64,000 nt of DNA from an uncultured delta proteobacterium (GTDB lineage: Bacteria; Desulfobacterota; Syntrophia; Syntrophales; UBA2185), in contig CAVOID010000008.1 in NCBI GenBank assembly GCA_963695875.1, positions 64,001 to 128,000 on the forward strand, given 5' to 3'. Below, one piece after another: positions 24,279 to 35,377 of the stretch. A program made the position numbers and the translations under genes. A model generated the notes under the pieces. That model was given only the letters and a program-made list of their open reading frames with translations, ran no database searches and was not told where the DNA came from. How positions within the stretch are numbered: position 1 is the first letter of the stretch; every line of letters starts with the position of its first letter.

Positions 24279-25032
24279 ATGCAAAAAATTGGTTATCAAA
24301 AGCTTCCCCAGCACATCGCCATTATAATGGATGGAAATGGCAGATGGGCTGAAAAACATGCCTTCGGAAGAATAACCGGTCATAAGAGAGGTACAAAATC
24401 TGTGAAACTGACAGTCAGGGCCTGTCGAGAAATTGGTATAAAATACCTTACGTTGTATGCATTCTCTGTCGAAAATTGGCTGCGTCCGAAAGAAGAAGTG
24501 GATGCATTGATGGATTTGCTGAGGAAATACCTTCGATCAGAACTTCAAGATATGCTTGATAATGATATACGGTTGACTGCCATTGGCAATATCGAGGCAT
24601 TAGAAGAACCCGTAAGAGAAATACTTAAAGAAACGATGAACAAGACAGCTCATAACAAGGGGATGGTTCTCAATCTTGCCTTGAGCTATGGCGGAAGAGA
24701 TGAGATTATTGAGGCCGTGAAAGGCATATTAAAAGATAGTCAGTACGGTAAAATTACCAGCAAGGATTTAACGAAAGAGTTATTTTCAAGATATCTTTAT
24801 ACCGTAGATATTACCAGATCCGGACTTATTGATAAGAACTAGTGGTGAATACCGGTTGAGTAATTTTCTGTTATGGCAGACCGCTTATACAGAATTATAT
24901 TTCACAGATGTCCTGTGGCCTGATTTTCGACGAAAGCACCTTATAGATGCTATTGCCGACTTTCAAAGGAGAGAGAGGAGATTCGGATTAACGAGTGACC
25001 AGTTACAGAGGGATAGATCGGATATAGGATGA
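24279..25032 (+). CDS. uppS: Undecaprenyl diphosphate synthase, +1 frameshift near 24811
   Basis: [25 protein letters not shown], then [19 protein letters not shown] in the shifted frame. Confidence 0.95.
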
Positions 25033-25838
25033 GTCCCCATATAAAAAGATGGATATCCGGGGTTATCGCGGTACCTATCCTCTTTGCCATTATATTTTAT
25101 GGTTCTGAGGTTGTGTTTACTGCATTTATTACGCTTGTCATACTCGGAGCTGTTATTGAGTATAACAGGATGGTTTTTAACGGGGGATTCACCTGGGAAA
25201 AATGGGAAGGACTAATAGTTGCTCTATTAATTCCCCTTGCCACATTTTCGGGTGATTTCCATATTGTACTGGCCGTCATTGCATTTTCCGTGTTAAGCGT
25301 TTTCATTATTTTCCTTCTGAGGATAAAGAATCATTCTTTTGATATAGTTCCTGTAAGCAAGCTTGTTCTGGGTCTTATGTATATCCCCTTCATGTTGTCG
25401 CATTTTATCCTGTTGCGGATCTCTCAAGATGGAGCCATATGGATATTCTTAGTTTTAGTTATAGCGTTTTCAGGTGATATCACTGCATATTATGTAGGTA
25501 AAACTATAGGAAAGAAAAAACTTATTCCCCTTATAAGCCCTGGCAAAACCGTGGAAGGTACGATCGGATTGCTAGTAGGAAGCATTCTCGGATGCATGTT
25601 ATTCCGGGAGTTTTTTTATCAAACTATTTCCATTTTTCATGCCGTAACACTCGGACTTTTGGGAGGCATTCTCGGACAGTTAGGGGATCTTTGTGAATCT
25701 GCTATTAAGAGGGCTTCCGGGGTGAAGGATTCCGGTTCTGTCATTCTCGGGCACGGAGGATTACTGGATCGGCTGGATTGTCTTATTTTTATTGCACCGT
25801 TTGTGTATTATTATAGATTGTTTATGATAACCCTTTAA
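25029..25838 (+). CDS. cdsA: Phosphatidate cytidylyltransferase
   Basis: [32 protein letters not shown]. Confidence 0.96.
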   Translation: MSPHIKRWISGVIAVPILFAIIFYGSEVVFTAFITLVILGAVIEYNRMVFNGGFTWEKWEGLIVALLIPLATFSGDFHIVLAVIAFSVLSVFIIFLLRIKNHSFDIVPVSKLVLGLMYIPFMLSHFILLRISQDGAIWIFLVLVIAFSGDITAYYVGKTIGKKKLIPLISPGKTVEGTIGLLVGSILGCMLFREFFYQTISIFHAVTLGLLGGILGQLGDLCESAIKRASGVKDSGSVILGHGGLLDRLDCLIFIAPFVYYYRLFMITL

Positions 25839-25891
25839 GAGTGCAAAATATTTGACAACAGACTTTTTACAAATGCGTCGTATGTGATGGC

Positions 25892-27061
25892 ATGAAGAAT
25901 ATATCTATCCTTGGGTCAACAGGTTCAATTGGAGTTAATGCAGTTGATGTCATATGGAACAACCCCGACCGATTTAAAATCATAGCCCTTTCTGCATGTA
26001 CGAATATTGAATTGTTACGACAACAAATAGAAAGATTCAAGCCAAGGGTTGTTTCGGTTATTGATGAGAAACATGCCAGGAAATTGAAGAAGATTTTGAA
26101 TCCTTCAATTAGAACGGATATCCTCTTCGGGAAAGATGGGTATCGTGAGGTGGCGTCGGTGCAGGAAGCCGACATGGTGATCTCAGCAATGGTGGGTTCG
26201 GCAGGTCTCCTTCCCACAATGGACGCTATTGAAGCTGGAAAAGATATTGCTCTTGCTAACAAAGAAGTGATGGTTATGGCAGGAAAGATTGTTGTCGAGA
26301 AGGCATATGAAAAGGGCGTAAAGATTTTGCCGGTAGACAGCGAGCACAGCGCAATCTTTCAATGTATCTTAGGCCACAACCGGAAAGATATAAGGCGGAT
26401 TATTCTAACTGCATCAGGCGGCCCATTTTTCCATCTGTCAAAAGAGAAGCTTGCCGATGTAAAACCTGTCGAAGCATTGAAACATCCAAACTGGCAGATG
26501 GGGCGAAAAATTACCATCGATTCTGCTTCCATGATGAATAAGGGTCTTGAGGTGATTGAGGCAAGCTGGTTGTTTTCAATGCCCATAGACAGCATTGAAG
26601 TGCACATTCATCCACAGAGTATTGTCCATTCCATGGTGGAATATATCGATGGATCGGTTATAGCGCAGCTTGGTGCACCGGACATGAGGATTCCCATAGC
26701 CTATGCCCTGTCATTTCCCGAAAGACTACCTCGTCCGGAGCCGTTCCTTGATTTGTTAACAGTTGGCGTCTTTGAATTCTTCAAACCTGATATTGAGAAA
26801 TTTCCAAGCCTGAGGCTCGCCTATGAAGCCGGGAAGGCGGGAGGAACCATGCCGGCAGTTCTCAATGCTGCCAATGAAGTGGCAGTGGCGGCATTCTTGG
26901 AAGAAATCGTCAAGTTTACGGATATATCGAAAATTGTGGAAGGAGTAATTTCCTTTCATCAGCCAAAGGAGTTTTCTACACTTGGAGAAATTTTTGAGGC
27001 GGATCTATGGGCCAGGGACAATGCGAAAAAAATAATTGAAAGGATGAACATTTTATCGTGA
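25892..27061 (+). CDS. dxr: 1-deoxy-D-xylulose-5-phosphate reductoisomerase
   Basis: LGSTGSIG, LANKE, PVDSEH, HPNWQMG, NAANE. Confidence 0.98.
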   Translation: MKNISILGSTGSIGVNAVDVIWNNPDRFKIIALSACTNIELLRQQIERFKPRVVSVIDEKHARKLKKILNPSIRTDILFGKDGYREVASVQEADMVISAMVGSAGLLPTMDAIEAGKDIALANKEVMVMAGKIVVEKAYEKGVKILPVDSEHSAIFQCILGHNRKDIRRIILTASGGPFFHLSKEKLADVKPVEALKHPNWQMGRKITIDSASMMNKGLEVIEASWLFSMPIDSIEVHIHPQSIVHSMVEYIDGSVIAQLGAPDMRIPIAYALSFPERLPRPEPFLDLLTVGVFEFFKPDIEKFPSLRLAYEAGKAGGTMPAVLNAANEVAVAAFLEEIVKFTDISKIVEGVISFHQPKEFSTLGEIFEADLWARDNAKKIIERMNILS

Positions 27062-28161
27062 TAGGTGTAAGCATAGTATCTCTTATAATTTTACTTGGCG
27101 TTCTTATTTTTGCACATGAGGTTGGTCATTTCCTGGTCGCTAAATATTCGGGTGTCGGCGTACTAAAATTTTCCCTCGGATTCGGGCCCAGGTTGATAGG
27201 GAAAAAGGTAGGGGAAACGGAATATCTCATTTCTATGATACCTCTTGGGGGCTATGTGAAGCTTCTTGGAGAATCTGCAGGCGAGGAACTCTCGGAGAGA
27301 GATGAGAAAAGATCTTTCCTGAAACAACCGGTTGCAAAGAGAATAGCCATCGTTGCCGCAGGTCCGATCTTTAATTTTCTGCTGGCCATCGTAATTTTCA
27401 CTGTTGTCTATATGGCGGGTGTTCCCGCTCTGACGACAACTATTGGCGGCGTACAGGAGGACACGCCGGCTTTTAGCGCCGGCATCAGGGAAGGGGACGT
27501 CATCACGGCCATCGATGGGAAAGATATTACACGATGGGAAGAAATCAAGGAAATAATCACCAAAAGTAACGGTAAGGAATTAAATATCGGAATTGAACGA
27601 AATGGGCAAATAAGAAATATCTCACTGAAACCGGCATTATTAAAGAATCAGAATATCTTTGGGGAAGAGATTGAATCATATATGATAGGAGTCAGTCCTT
27701 CATCGCAACATACTGTAATTCAGAGAATGAATCCATTGATGGCCTTCTGGACAAGCCTGAAACAAACTTGGTTTATAAGCAAATTAACCGTACTGAGTGT
27801 CGTTAAGATTTTGGAAGGTGTCGTTTCTCCGAGAACACTGGGTGGCCCGATTCTAATCGCCCAAATTGCCGGGGCTCAAGTCAAGGAGGGCATTATACCC
27901 TTTATGTTGTTTATGGCTTTGTTGAGTATAAATCTTGCGATTCTCAATCTTTTTCCGATCCCTATCCTTGATGGAGGACATCTTCTATTTTATCTCATAG
28001 AGGCAATAACCGGCAGGGAAATCAATATTAAATGGAGAGAGATGGCCCAGCAGATTGGCTTTGTCATCCTGATTATTCTCATGATATTTGTTTTTATTAT
28101 GGACATAGAAAGGCTTAATATCAATTTTCTTGACGATATAAGCAAGATTTTTAACAGGTAG
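27058..28161 (+). CDS. rseP: RIP metalloprotease RseP
   Basis: HEVGH, AGPIFN, PDZ region, NLFPIPILDGGH. Confidence 0.97.
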   Translation: MIGVSIVSLIILLGVLIFAHEVGHFLVAKYSGVGVLKFSLGFGPRLIGKKVGETEYLISMIPLGGYVKLLGESAGEELSERDEKRSFLKQPVAKRIAIVAAGPIFNFLLAIVIFTVVYMAGVPALTTTIGGVQEDTPAFSAGIREGDVITAIDGKDITRWEEIKEIITKSNGKELNIGIERNGQIRNISLKPALLKNQNIFGEEIESYMIGVSPSSQHTVIQRMNPLMAFWTSLKQTWFISKLTVLSVVKILEGVVSPRTLGGPILIAQIAGAQVKEGIIPFMLFMALLSINLAILNLFPIPILDGGHLLFYLIEAITGREINIKWREMAQQIGFVILIILMIFVFIMDIERLNINFLDDISKIFNR

Positions 28162-28163
28162 TT

Positions 28164-28847
28164 ATGTTGATTTTGGCAATTGATACTTCTACCAGAACAG
28201 CAAGCGTTTCTCTTCTTAAAAATGATGAGATACTGTCAGAGGTTTTCATAAATCTTGGTATAAACCATTCGATTGTTTTGTTGCCTGCTTTATATGATTT
28301 ATGCAAGCTTTCACGTATAGAGCTAAGCAGCATAGAGCTTTTCGTATGCACCATCGGGCCAGGGTCTTTTACTGGGCTTCGAGTTGGTGCAAGTACCATA
28401 AAAGGACTAGCCCTGGCAACAGGCAAACCGGTTGTTGGTGTATCAACACTGGAAGCCTTAGCGTTTAATGTTATCGATTCGCAAATGTTGATCTGCCCTA
28501 TGTTGGATGCAAAAAAAAACCAGGTGTATACGGCACTCTACAGGACTGGACATGATAATGTATTGGAAAAAAGAGAAAATGAAAGGGTGACGGATATTGA
28601 AGAATTTTTACAGTCTATTGATGAAGAGACCATATTCGTGGGTGATGGGTCTATAAAAAACGCAGGGCTTATTGGCGACATATTGCCGGGGAGATCATAT
28701 TTTGCGTCCGCTTGCAATCAATATGTGAGAGCGGCGGCAGTAGGTCTTTTAGGCAAAAGAAAATATTCTGAAGGAGATATGCTGGATCTTATTACCTTTA
28801 CACCCATTTATCTCCGCTCTTCTGAAGCAGAGATGAAGCGCTCTTAG
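28164..28847 (+). CDS. tsaB: t6A biosynthesis protein TsaB
   Basis: ILAIDTS, GPGSFTGLRVG, PIYLR. Confidence 0.96.
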   Translation: MLILAIDTSTRTASVSLLKNDEILSEVFINLGINHSIVLLPALYDLCKLSRIELSSIELFVCTIGPGSFTGLRVGASTIKGLALATGKPVVGVSTLEALAFNVIDSQMLICPMLDAKKNQVYTALYRTGHDNVLEKRENERVTDIEEFLQSIDEETIFVGDGSIKNAGLIGDILPGRSYFASACNQYVRAAAVGLLGKRKYSEGDMLDLITFTPIYLRSSEAEMKRS

Positions 28848-28956
28848 AAGTAAATCTTTTTGCATATCGGCGAGAAGAGTCGTGGTTGTTGAAGGAATAT
28901 GAGGTGTTGACATGTGTTTCCATTTATTATAAAAATAACGCGCGGAGGTGACATGC

Positions 28957-29199
28957 ATGGAAGAGGCCGATGAGTTTTTGACCAAAAAATATATTCATCA
29001 GGATGAGGAGCTAAGAAGATATATTGAAGATCATGAAAAACTTGAGTCGGATCTTGAAAATTTTAACAAGCGAATCTATCTGACAGCAGAAGAAGAAATT
29101 GAAAAGAAGACTTTGCAAAAAAAGAAGCTCCGCGTAAAAGAACAGATCTATAGAATCCTTGCGAAGTACCGAAACCAGACACATAAGAGCTCAGTATAA
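28957..29199 (+). CDS. DUF465/YdcH-family small coiled-coil protein
   Basis: H..LE...LTAEEEIEKKTLQKKKLRVKEQI pattern; GGAGG RBS. Confidence 0.75.
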   Translation: MEEADEFLTKKYIHQDEELRRYIEDHEKLESDLENFNKRIYLTAEEEIEKKTLQKKKLRVKEQIYRILAKYRNQTHKSSV

Positions 29200-29233
29200 A
29201 GGCCTTTAATGAGATTTTAATATTATTATATAA

Positions 29234-29875
29234 ATGAATCATGAAAGTTTCATAGTCCGCGAAGGTCTTCCATTTATTATACCGGTCGGTGTTTTCACTA
29301 TCGTTTTTGCCTTTTTCGGTTTTGCCTGGCTAACATTCCTATTTTTTGTCGCTACTGTTTTTGTGACCTGGTTTTTCAGAAATCCGCAGAGAAAGACACC
29401 TGATGATACTAAAGCCGTTGTATCTCCGGCAGATGGGGAAATTATAAAGATTGAAGATATTATGAAAAATGACTTACTCAAAGGTCCATCAAAGAAAGTA
29501 AGTATATTCATGAATATATTTAATGTACATGTCAACCGTGTGCCTTATTCCGGAGTAGTGAAGTGTATATATTACAATAAGGGGGATTTTTTTTCAGCCG
29601 ATCTGGATAAAGCATCGTTGTTTAATGAAAGAAATTCAATTATTATTAGAACGGATGATGGGAAAGAAATTTTAACGGTACAGATAGCAGGATTAATTGC
29701 AAGAAGGATTGAGTGCTGGGTGAAAGAAGGAATGAATGTCTGTAAAGGCGAGCGATTCGGTCTTATACGATTCGGTTCGCGTCTTGAAGTCTTTCTGCCT
29801 TCGGATTCGATAATGTCCGTAAAAGTAGGTGACAAAGTCAAGGCTGGGGAGACTCCGATAGGATGGCTAAAATGA
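29234..29875 (+). CDS. psd: Phosphatidylserine decarboxylase proenzyme
   Basis: FFRNP, SPADG, HVNRVP, IRFGSR cleavage motif. Confidence 0.95.
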   Translation: MNHESFIVREGLPFIIPVGVFTIVFAFFGFAWLTFLFFVATVFVTWFFRNPQRKTPDDTKAVVSPADGEIIKIEDIMKNDLLKGPSKKVSIFMNIFNVHVNRVPYSGVVKCIYYNKGDFFSADLDKASLFNERNSIIIRTDDGKEILTVQIAGLIARRIECWVKEGMNVCKGERFGLIRFGSRLEVFLPSDSIMSVKVGDKVKAGETPIGWLK

Positions 29876-30663
29876 AAAAGAATGCCACATTCAAAAGAGA
29901 GCGTGTTAAAAAGGGAATATACATATTGCCCAACCTTTTTACGACGGGAAGTCTTTTTTGTGGGTTCTATTCTGTAATCGCCTCCATGAAGGGGGACTAT
30001 TGGCTTGCTGCAGTACCCGTTTTGATCGCTTTCGTCCTGGATGGACTGGACGGCAGGATTGCAAGGATGACGAACACGACCAGTAAATTTGGTTCGGAGT
30101 ATGACTCCCTGTCAGATCTGGTGGCATTTGGTGTTGCGCCAGCCATTCTCGCCTATACGTGGGCATTGTCAATATTAGGAAAATGGGGGTGGCTTGCGGC
30201 ATTTCTTTTTGTAGTCTGTGGGGCACTACGGCTGGCAAGATTCAATATTCAGATAGGGTTGATTGAAAGCAAGGTTTTTAATGGACTCCCAATACCGGGA
30301 GCAGCTGCCGTCGTTGCAACCGGGGTATTGCTTTTCTACTATTTAGGAGGAGAGGGGAAATTTAATGATCTTTCAATATTAATCGGTGTGATCGTGCTAT
30401 CGCTACTGATGGTAAGTAATATCAAATATTACAGCTTCAAAGACCTTAACTTTTTTTCAAGAAAGCCCTTCATGTCTTTTGTTCTGATCGTATTTATCAT
30501 GATTATAGTAATTGCAGAACCTCAGATTATGATGTTTACGTTTTCTTTCGGCTATAGTCTGTCAGGACCAGCATGGGCAATAATTAAAGTAGGGAAAAAG
30601 GCATACACAGAAATAAAGTCTAAAAGATCACATTTGCTTATTAATCGTATGCCCAAAAAGTAA
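29872..30663 (+). CDS. pssA: CDP-diacylglycerol--serine O-phosphatidyltransferase
   Basis: LPNLFT, DGLDGRIAR, DSLSDLVAFGVAP, LRLARFN. Confidence 0.96.
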   Translation: MKKNATFKRERVKKGIYILPNLFTTGSLFCGFYSVIASMKGDYWLAAVPVLIAFVLDGLDGRIARMTNTTSKFGSEYDSLSDLVAFGVAPAILAYTWALSILGKWGWLAAFLFVVCGALRLARFNIQIGLIESKVFNGLPIPGAAAVVATGVLLFYYLGGEGKFNDLSILIGVIVLSLLMVSNIKYYSFKDLNFFSRKPFMSFVLIVFIMIIVIAEPQIMMFTFSFGYSLSGPAWAIIKVGKKAYTEIKSKRSHLLINRMPKK

Positions 30664-30745
30664 TCAAGGCATGTATGGGGATTAATGGATATTTCATTTT
30701 TTATAGATATTGTACGCAATTAAATTTATCGGGAAGGATAGTGTT

Positions 30746-31762
30746 GTGAAGGCGTATCATGTTGCGGTTGTTGGTGCTACAGGTGCTGTCGGGAATGAGA
30801 TGGTTAAGATTTTGGAAGAGAGAAAATTTCCCGTTGGTAGTATAACGCTGCTTGCTTCAGAGCGTTCAATCGGCAAGGAACTGGAATTTAATGGGAAGGC
30901 GATTCCCATTCAACTGTTAACTGAAAATTCATTTTCAGGAGTCGATATAGGGCTTTTTTCGGCTGGTGGAAGTATCAGTCAGAGGTTTGCCCCAATAGCT
31001 GCGTCATCTGGATGTATTGTAATTGATAACACAAGTGCATTCAGGATGGAACCAGATATTCCCCTAGTGGTACCCGAGGTAAATCGCGAAACGATCAGCA
31101 TGTATAGGAATAGAGGGATTATTGCAAATCCAAACTGTTCGACCATTCAAATGGTTGTAGTCCTCAAACCGATACATGATGCGGTTAAGATTAAGCGAGT
31201 GGTCGTATCCACATATCAGGCTGTGTCGGGAACAGGCAAGAAAGCTATTGAAGAACTGATTGAACAGACAAGGGCTCTTTTAAGCAGCCGTGACCCAAAG
31301 GTGAGTGTATATCCACACAGAATAGCGTTCAACTGCCTTCCCCATATTGATGTCTTTTTGGAAAACGCCTACACAAAAGAAGAAATGAAAATGGTAAATG
31401 AAACAAAGAAAATTCTTAATGATTCATCTATCGCAGTAACAGCTACTACAGTAAGAGTACCCGTTTTCTATGGTCATTCAGAGTCCGTCAATATCGAGAC
31501 GGAAAGAAAGCTTACCGCGGAACATGCGAGAGGAATCCTTTCTCATGCTCCAGGGGTAAAAGTGGTGGATGATCCGAAGAGAAATATATATCCTCTTCCC
31601 ATTGATGCGGCGGGAATGGATGACACATTTGTCGGCAGGATCAGGGAAGATGAGTCCATAAAAAATGGTATCAATATGTGGATTGTGTCGGACAATGTGA
31701 GGAAGGGTGCAGCATTGAATGCTGTGCAGATCGCGGAGATTCTTGTCAGGGACTACCTATGA
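30746..31762 (+). CDS. asd: Aspartate-semialdehyde dehydrogenase
   Basis: GATGAVG, ANPNCST, YQAVSG, DNVRKGAALN. Confidence 0.97.
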   Translation: MKAYHVAVVGATGAVGNEMVKILEERKFPVGSITLLASERSIGKELEFNGKAIPIQLLTENSFSGVDIGLFSAGGSISQRFAPIAASSGCIVIDNTSAFRMEPDIPLVVPEVNRETISMYRNRGIIANPNCSTIQMVVVLKPIHDAVKIKRVVVSTYQAVSGTGKKAIEELIEQTRALLSSRDPKVSVYPHRIAFNCLPHIDVFLENAYTKEEMKMVNETKKILNDSSIAVTATTVRVPVFYGHSESVNIETERKLTAEHARGILSHAPGVKVVDDPKRNIYPLPIDAAGMDDTFVGRIREDESIKNGINMWIVSDNVRKGAALNAVQIAEILVRDYL

Positions 31763-32316
31763 GAGTTATTGGAGGTGATGCCAAGGGAAAGCATATCTAT
31801 TCACCTAAAAAAAATAAAATAAGGCCAACCTCTGACGGGATCAAGGAATCACTTTTCAATATACTTCATACTCTTTCCGGAAAGTCATTCCTTGATCTTT
31901 TCGCGGGAAGCGGAAATGTAGGACTGGAGGCTTTAAGCCGGGGAGCCGCCAAGGTTGTTTTTGTTGAAAAAAATGCTGTCATGGTGAATGCCATAAAGAG
32001 GAACATAAGGGAATTGGGATTCAATGATAAATGTGAAGTTTTAGCGACAGAGGTAGGAAAAGGAATCAGGCAGCTCCAGAGGGACGGGGATAGTTTTGAT
32101 TTCCTGTTTGCTGATCCACCATACGAAAAAGGTTTTATCAGGGAAATTTTCCAATGTCTTGGTGAAGTGGATGTGACTTCTCAGGACGGGCTTCTAATAA
32201 TTCAGCATTCAAAAAGAGAAGATGTGATTGGTCATCATACGGGTAATTTTGTGTTGACAGATCAGAGAAGATATGGTGATACGCTTCTTTCTTTCTTCAA
32301 AATAATGGGAAGGTAG
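31759..32316 (+). CDS. rsmD: 16S rRNA m2G966 methyltransferase
   Basis: MRVIGG, RPTSD, LDLFAGSG, DPPY, YGDT. Confidence 0.95.
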   Translation: MRVIGGDAKGKHIYSPKKNKIRPTSDGIKESLFNILHTLSGKSFLDLFAGSGNVGLEALSRGAAKVVFVEKNAVMVNAIKRNIRELGFNDKCEVLATEVGKGIRQLQRDGDSFDFLFADPPYEKGFIREIFQCLGEVDVTSQDGLLIIQHSKREDVIGHHTGNFVLTDQRRYGDTLLSFFKIMGR

Positions 32317-32330
32317 TAAAGAGAGCTTAT

Positions 32331-32816
32331 ATGAAAAAAATAGCTGTGTATCCTGGTTCGTTTGATCCTATCACAAATGGCCATGTTGACCTTATAGACA
32401 GGGGCTTGAAGATGTTTGATGAGATTATTGTCCTCATTGCCTATAATCCTAATAAGCCGGCTTATCTCTTCTCTGTTGAGGAGAGAATGGAATTGGTAAA
32501 GGAAGCCATAAAGGATTGCAAAAGGGTGCGGGTTGACAGCGCTGCTGGACTTCTTGTTGATTATGTAAAGAAATCCGGTGCAAACATTATATTGAGAGGA
32601 CTTCGGGCCCTGTCTGACTTTGAATACGAGTTTCAGCTCGCTCTTATTAATCGGAGACTCAATAGGGATGTCGAGACTGTTTTTCTTATGACGAGCTACG
32701 AGTGGTTCTTCACCAGTTCCCAGATTATCAAGGAGGCAGCCAGTCTGGGAGGTTCTGTCGAAGGACTTGTACCGGATATTGTGTGCCGGAAGTTAAGAGA
32801 AAAATACTTAAGGTAA
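32331..32816 (+). CDS. coaD: Phosphopantetheine adenylyltransferase
   Basis: YPGSFDPITNGH, RGLRALSDFEYE. Confidence 0.98.
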   Translation: MKKIAVYPGSFDPITNGHVDLIDRGLKMFDEIIVLIAYNPNKPAYLFSVEERMELVKEAIKDCKRVRVDSAAGLLVDYVKKSGANIILRGLRALSDFEYEFQLALINRRLNRDVETVFLMTSYEWFFTSSQIIKEAASLGGSVEGLVPDIVCRKLREKYLR

Positions 32817-32829
32817 GAGACTTAATATA

Positions 32830-34023
32830 ATGAAACTATCATCAAGAATACTAGCAATAAAACCATCGCCAACACTGGCAATTACTGTCAAGGCCAATGC
32901 GCTGCAGGCAGAGGGCAGGGATATAATCGGCTTTGGCGCAGGAGAACCTGATTTTGATACCCCTGTCCATATCAAAAGGGCAGCTATCAAGGCAATAGAA
33001 GATGGGTTTACAAAATATACTCCCGTTGATGGGATTATTGAATTGAAGGATGCGATCATCAGTAAATTGTATGTTGATAATCAATTAAAGTACAACAGGT
33101 CAGAGGTCGTTGTATCTTGCGGAGCGAAGCATTCCCTTTATAATCTATGTCAGGTTCTGTTTGAGGAAGGCGACGAAGTCATTATTCCATCTCCTTACTG
33201 GGTTTCCTATCTTGATATGGTTATTCTCTCAGGCGCCAAGCCTGTCATTCTCAAGACCACCGAATCCCAAGGATTTAAATTACAACCGCAGCAATTAGAA
33301 GCGGCGATCACAAAAGATACAAGAGCGGTTATCATAAACAGCCCATCAAACCCTGCCGGTGTAGTATATACCGCCTCTGAACTGGAAGCTCTCGCAGAGA
33401 TTATACTAAGGAAAGACATACCGGTAATATCAGATGATGTTTATGAAAAAATTATATACGATGATAAGCCATTTAAAAACGTTGCATCTCTCAGCGAAGA
33501 GTTGAAAAAGATGACGATAGTGGTAAACGGGGTTTCCAAAGCCTACTCGATGACCGGCTGGAGAATAGGTTATGCCGCCGGTCCTCAAGAGATTATTTCT
33601 GCTGTGACGAAACTTCAAAGTCAAAACACATCTAATCCTACATCAATAGCTCAAAAAGCGGCTGTAGAGGCCTTGAACGGACCTCAGAACAGTGTAACAG
33701 AAATGGTTGAAGAATTTAGGAAGAGAAGAGATGCAATCGTTGAAAAGCTGAATGCCATTCCGGGTGTCACCTGCATGCTTCCTCAGGGGGCCTTTTACGT
33801 TTTTCCCGATGTTTCAGCCTTATTTGGCAGATCGTACCATGGTATTGTCATATCCAATTCTTCTGATTTTACTGCATTCCTCCTGGATGAAGCCAATGTC
33901 GCTGTCGTTCCGGGGGTTGATTTTGGTCATGACAATCATATCCGTCTTTCCTATGCCACGTCTTTAAAGAATATCGAAGAAGGACTGAAAAGGGTAAGAA
34001 ATGCCGTTATGAAACTTTCATAA
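32830..34023 (+). CDS. aspC: Aspartate aminotransferase-like class I aminotransferase
   Basis: GEPDFDTP, NSPSNP, SKAYSMTGWRIGY, IRLSYA. Confidence 0.9.
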   Translation: MKLSSRILAIKPSPTLAITVKANALQAEGRDIIGFGAGEPDFDTPVHIKRAAIKAIEDGFTKYTPVDGIIELKDAIISKLYVDNQLKYNRSEVVVSCGAKHSLYNLCQVLFEEGDEVIIPSPYWVSYLDMVILSGAKPVILKTTESQGFKLQPQQLEAAITKDTRAVIINSPSNPAGVVYTASELEALAEIILRKDIPVISDDVYEKIIYDDKPFKNVASLSEELKKMTIVVNGVSKAYSMTGWRIGYAAGPQEIISAVTKLQSQNTSNPTSIAQKAAVEALNGPQNSVTEMVEEFRKRRDAIVEKLNAIPGVTCMLPQGAFYVFPDVSALFGRSYHGIVISNSSDFTAFLLDEANVAVVPGVDFGHDNHIRLSYATSLKNIEEGLKRVRNAVMKLS

Positions 34024-34297
34024 CAGGCAGGAATGTTCCTTTTTTATAATCACCTTCATTAATCCCTTAATGAGCTTCCCATCTTGACAGACCGGGCATT
34101 TGGCAAGGATACATCTTCACCATACACATTTGTCCACGTCGTACAGAAGTGATTGCGGGAAAAGCTTCCGTGGATGCCTGTACTAATGCCAAGTTGTCAC
34201 TAACGCGCTGGAAACGTAAGGGATTACTCATTGATTACAATCACCAATTCATGTTATATAATATTAACTGTATTATCTATGGCGGTGGTGCATTATT

Positions 34298-35377
34298 TTG
34301 GAAACGTTTATAAAAAGAAAAAAAACCAGGCCTGTTTTTCTCGGAAATGTACGGATCGGCGCAAATGCACCTGTTGTGGTTCAATCAATGACGTGCACAG
34401 ACACGAGGGACGTGAGGGCAACTGTCAGGCAAATAGAACAGCTTAAGGATGCAGGCTGTGAGGTAGTCAGGGTTGCTGTTCCCGACAAAGAAGCAGCTGT
34501 TGTACTCTCCGATATTAAGAAGCAAATAAACATTCCCCTCATTGCTGATATCCATTTTAATTATCGGCTTGCCATCGAAGCAGTAAACAATGGCGTCGAT
34601 GGAATAAGGATCAATCCGGGAAACATTGGTAAGGAAAAATTATTGAAGATTGTTGAATCCGCAAAATCAAGAGGGACTGTGATTCGTATTGGTGTCAATG
34701 CAGGTTCTCTTGAGAAGGATTTACTAAAAAAACACGGAGGACCTACGGCGACTGCTCTGGTGGAGAGTGCCTTGAGAAGCCTTGCCGTTTTGACTGATGC
34801 TGGCTGTGATGCAATAAAATTATCCGTCAAATCGTCAGACGTGGCTACGATGGTTGAAGCTTATAGGGAGTTATCAAGCAAAACCGATTATCCCCTTCAC
34901 CTAGGTGTTACGGAAGCAGGGAGTATTGTTAATGCCGCCATTAAATCTTCCATTGGAATGGGCATCTTGCTGTATGAAGGGATGGGTGACACAATCAGAG
35001 TTTCGGTCACAGGGGATCCCGTTTCCGAAATCGGTGTGGCGTATGGGATACTCAGGGCTCTTGATATCAGAAAAGTTGGACCGGATATCATATCATGTCC
35101 CACCTGTGGTCGTTGCGAAATAGACCTGTTCAAACTGACCCGGGAGGTTGAGTCGAGATTGACGGGAATGAGGGAGCATTTAAAAATTGCCTTGATGGGC
35201 TGTGTCGTAAACGGGCCGGGAGAGGCTGCAGAGGCGGATATAGGAATTGCCGGAGGCCGTGGTTACGGTCTGCTTTTTAAAAAGGGTAAAATTATTAGAA
35301 AAATAAAGGAAAAAGAATTTATGTCAACTCTGCTGGATGAAATTTATTCAATTGTTGCTGAAAGGAAGGAGAAATAA
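34298..35377 (+). CDS. ispG: HMBPP synthase
   Basis: [32 protein letters not shown]. Confidence 0.98.
   Translation: METFIKRKKTRPVFLGNVRIGANAPVVVQSMTCTDTRDVRATVRQIEQLKDAGCEVVRVAVPDKEAAVVLSDIKKQINIPLIADIHFNYRLAIEAVNNGVDGIRINPGNIGKEKLLKIVESAKSRGTVIRIGVNAGSLEKDLLKKHGGPTATALVESALRSLAVLTDAGCDAIKLSVKSSDVATMVEAYRELSSKTDYPLHLGVTEAGSIVNAAIKSSIGMGILLYEGMGDTIRVSVTGDPVSEIGVAYGILRALDIRKVGPDIISCPTCGRCEIDLFKLTREVESRLTGMREHLKIALMGCVVNGPGEAAEADIGIAGGRGYGLLFKKGKIIRKIKEKEFMSTLLDEIYSIVAERKEK

Noticed and set aside
24800..24845. Programmed frameshift or stop recoding in uppS and other split genes
   Set aside because: No slippery heptamer or SECIS-like signal seen; the window-wide pattern fits sequencing indels
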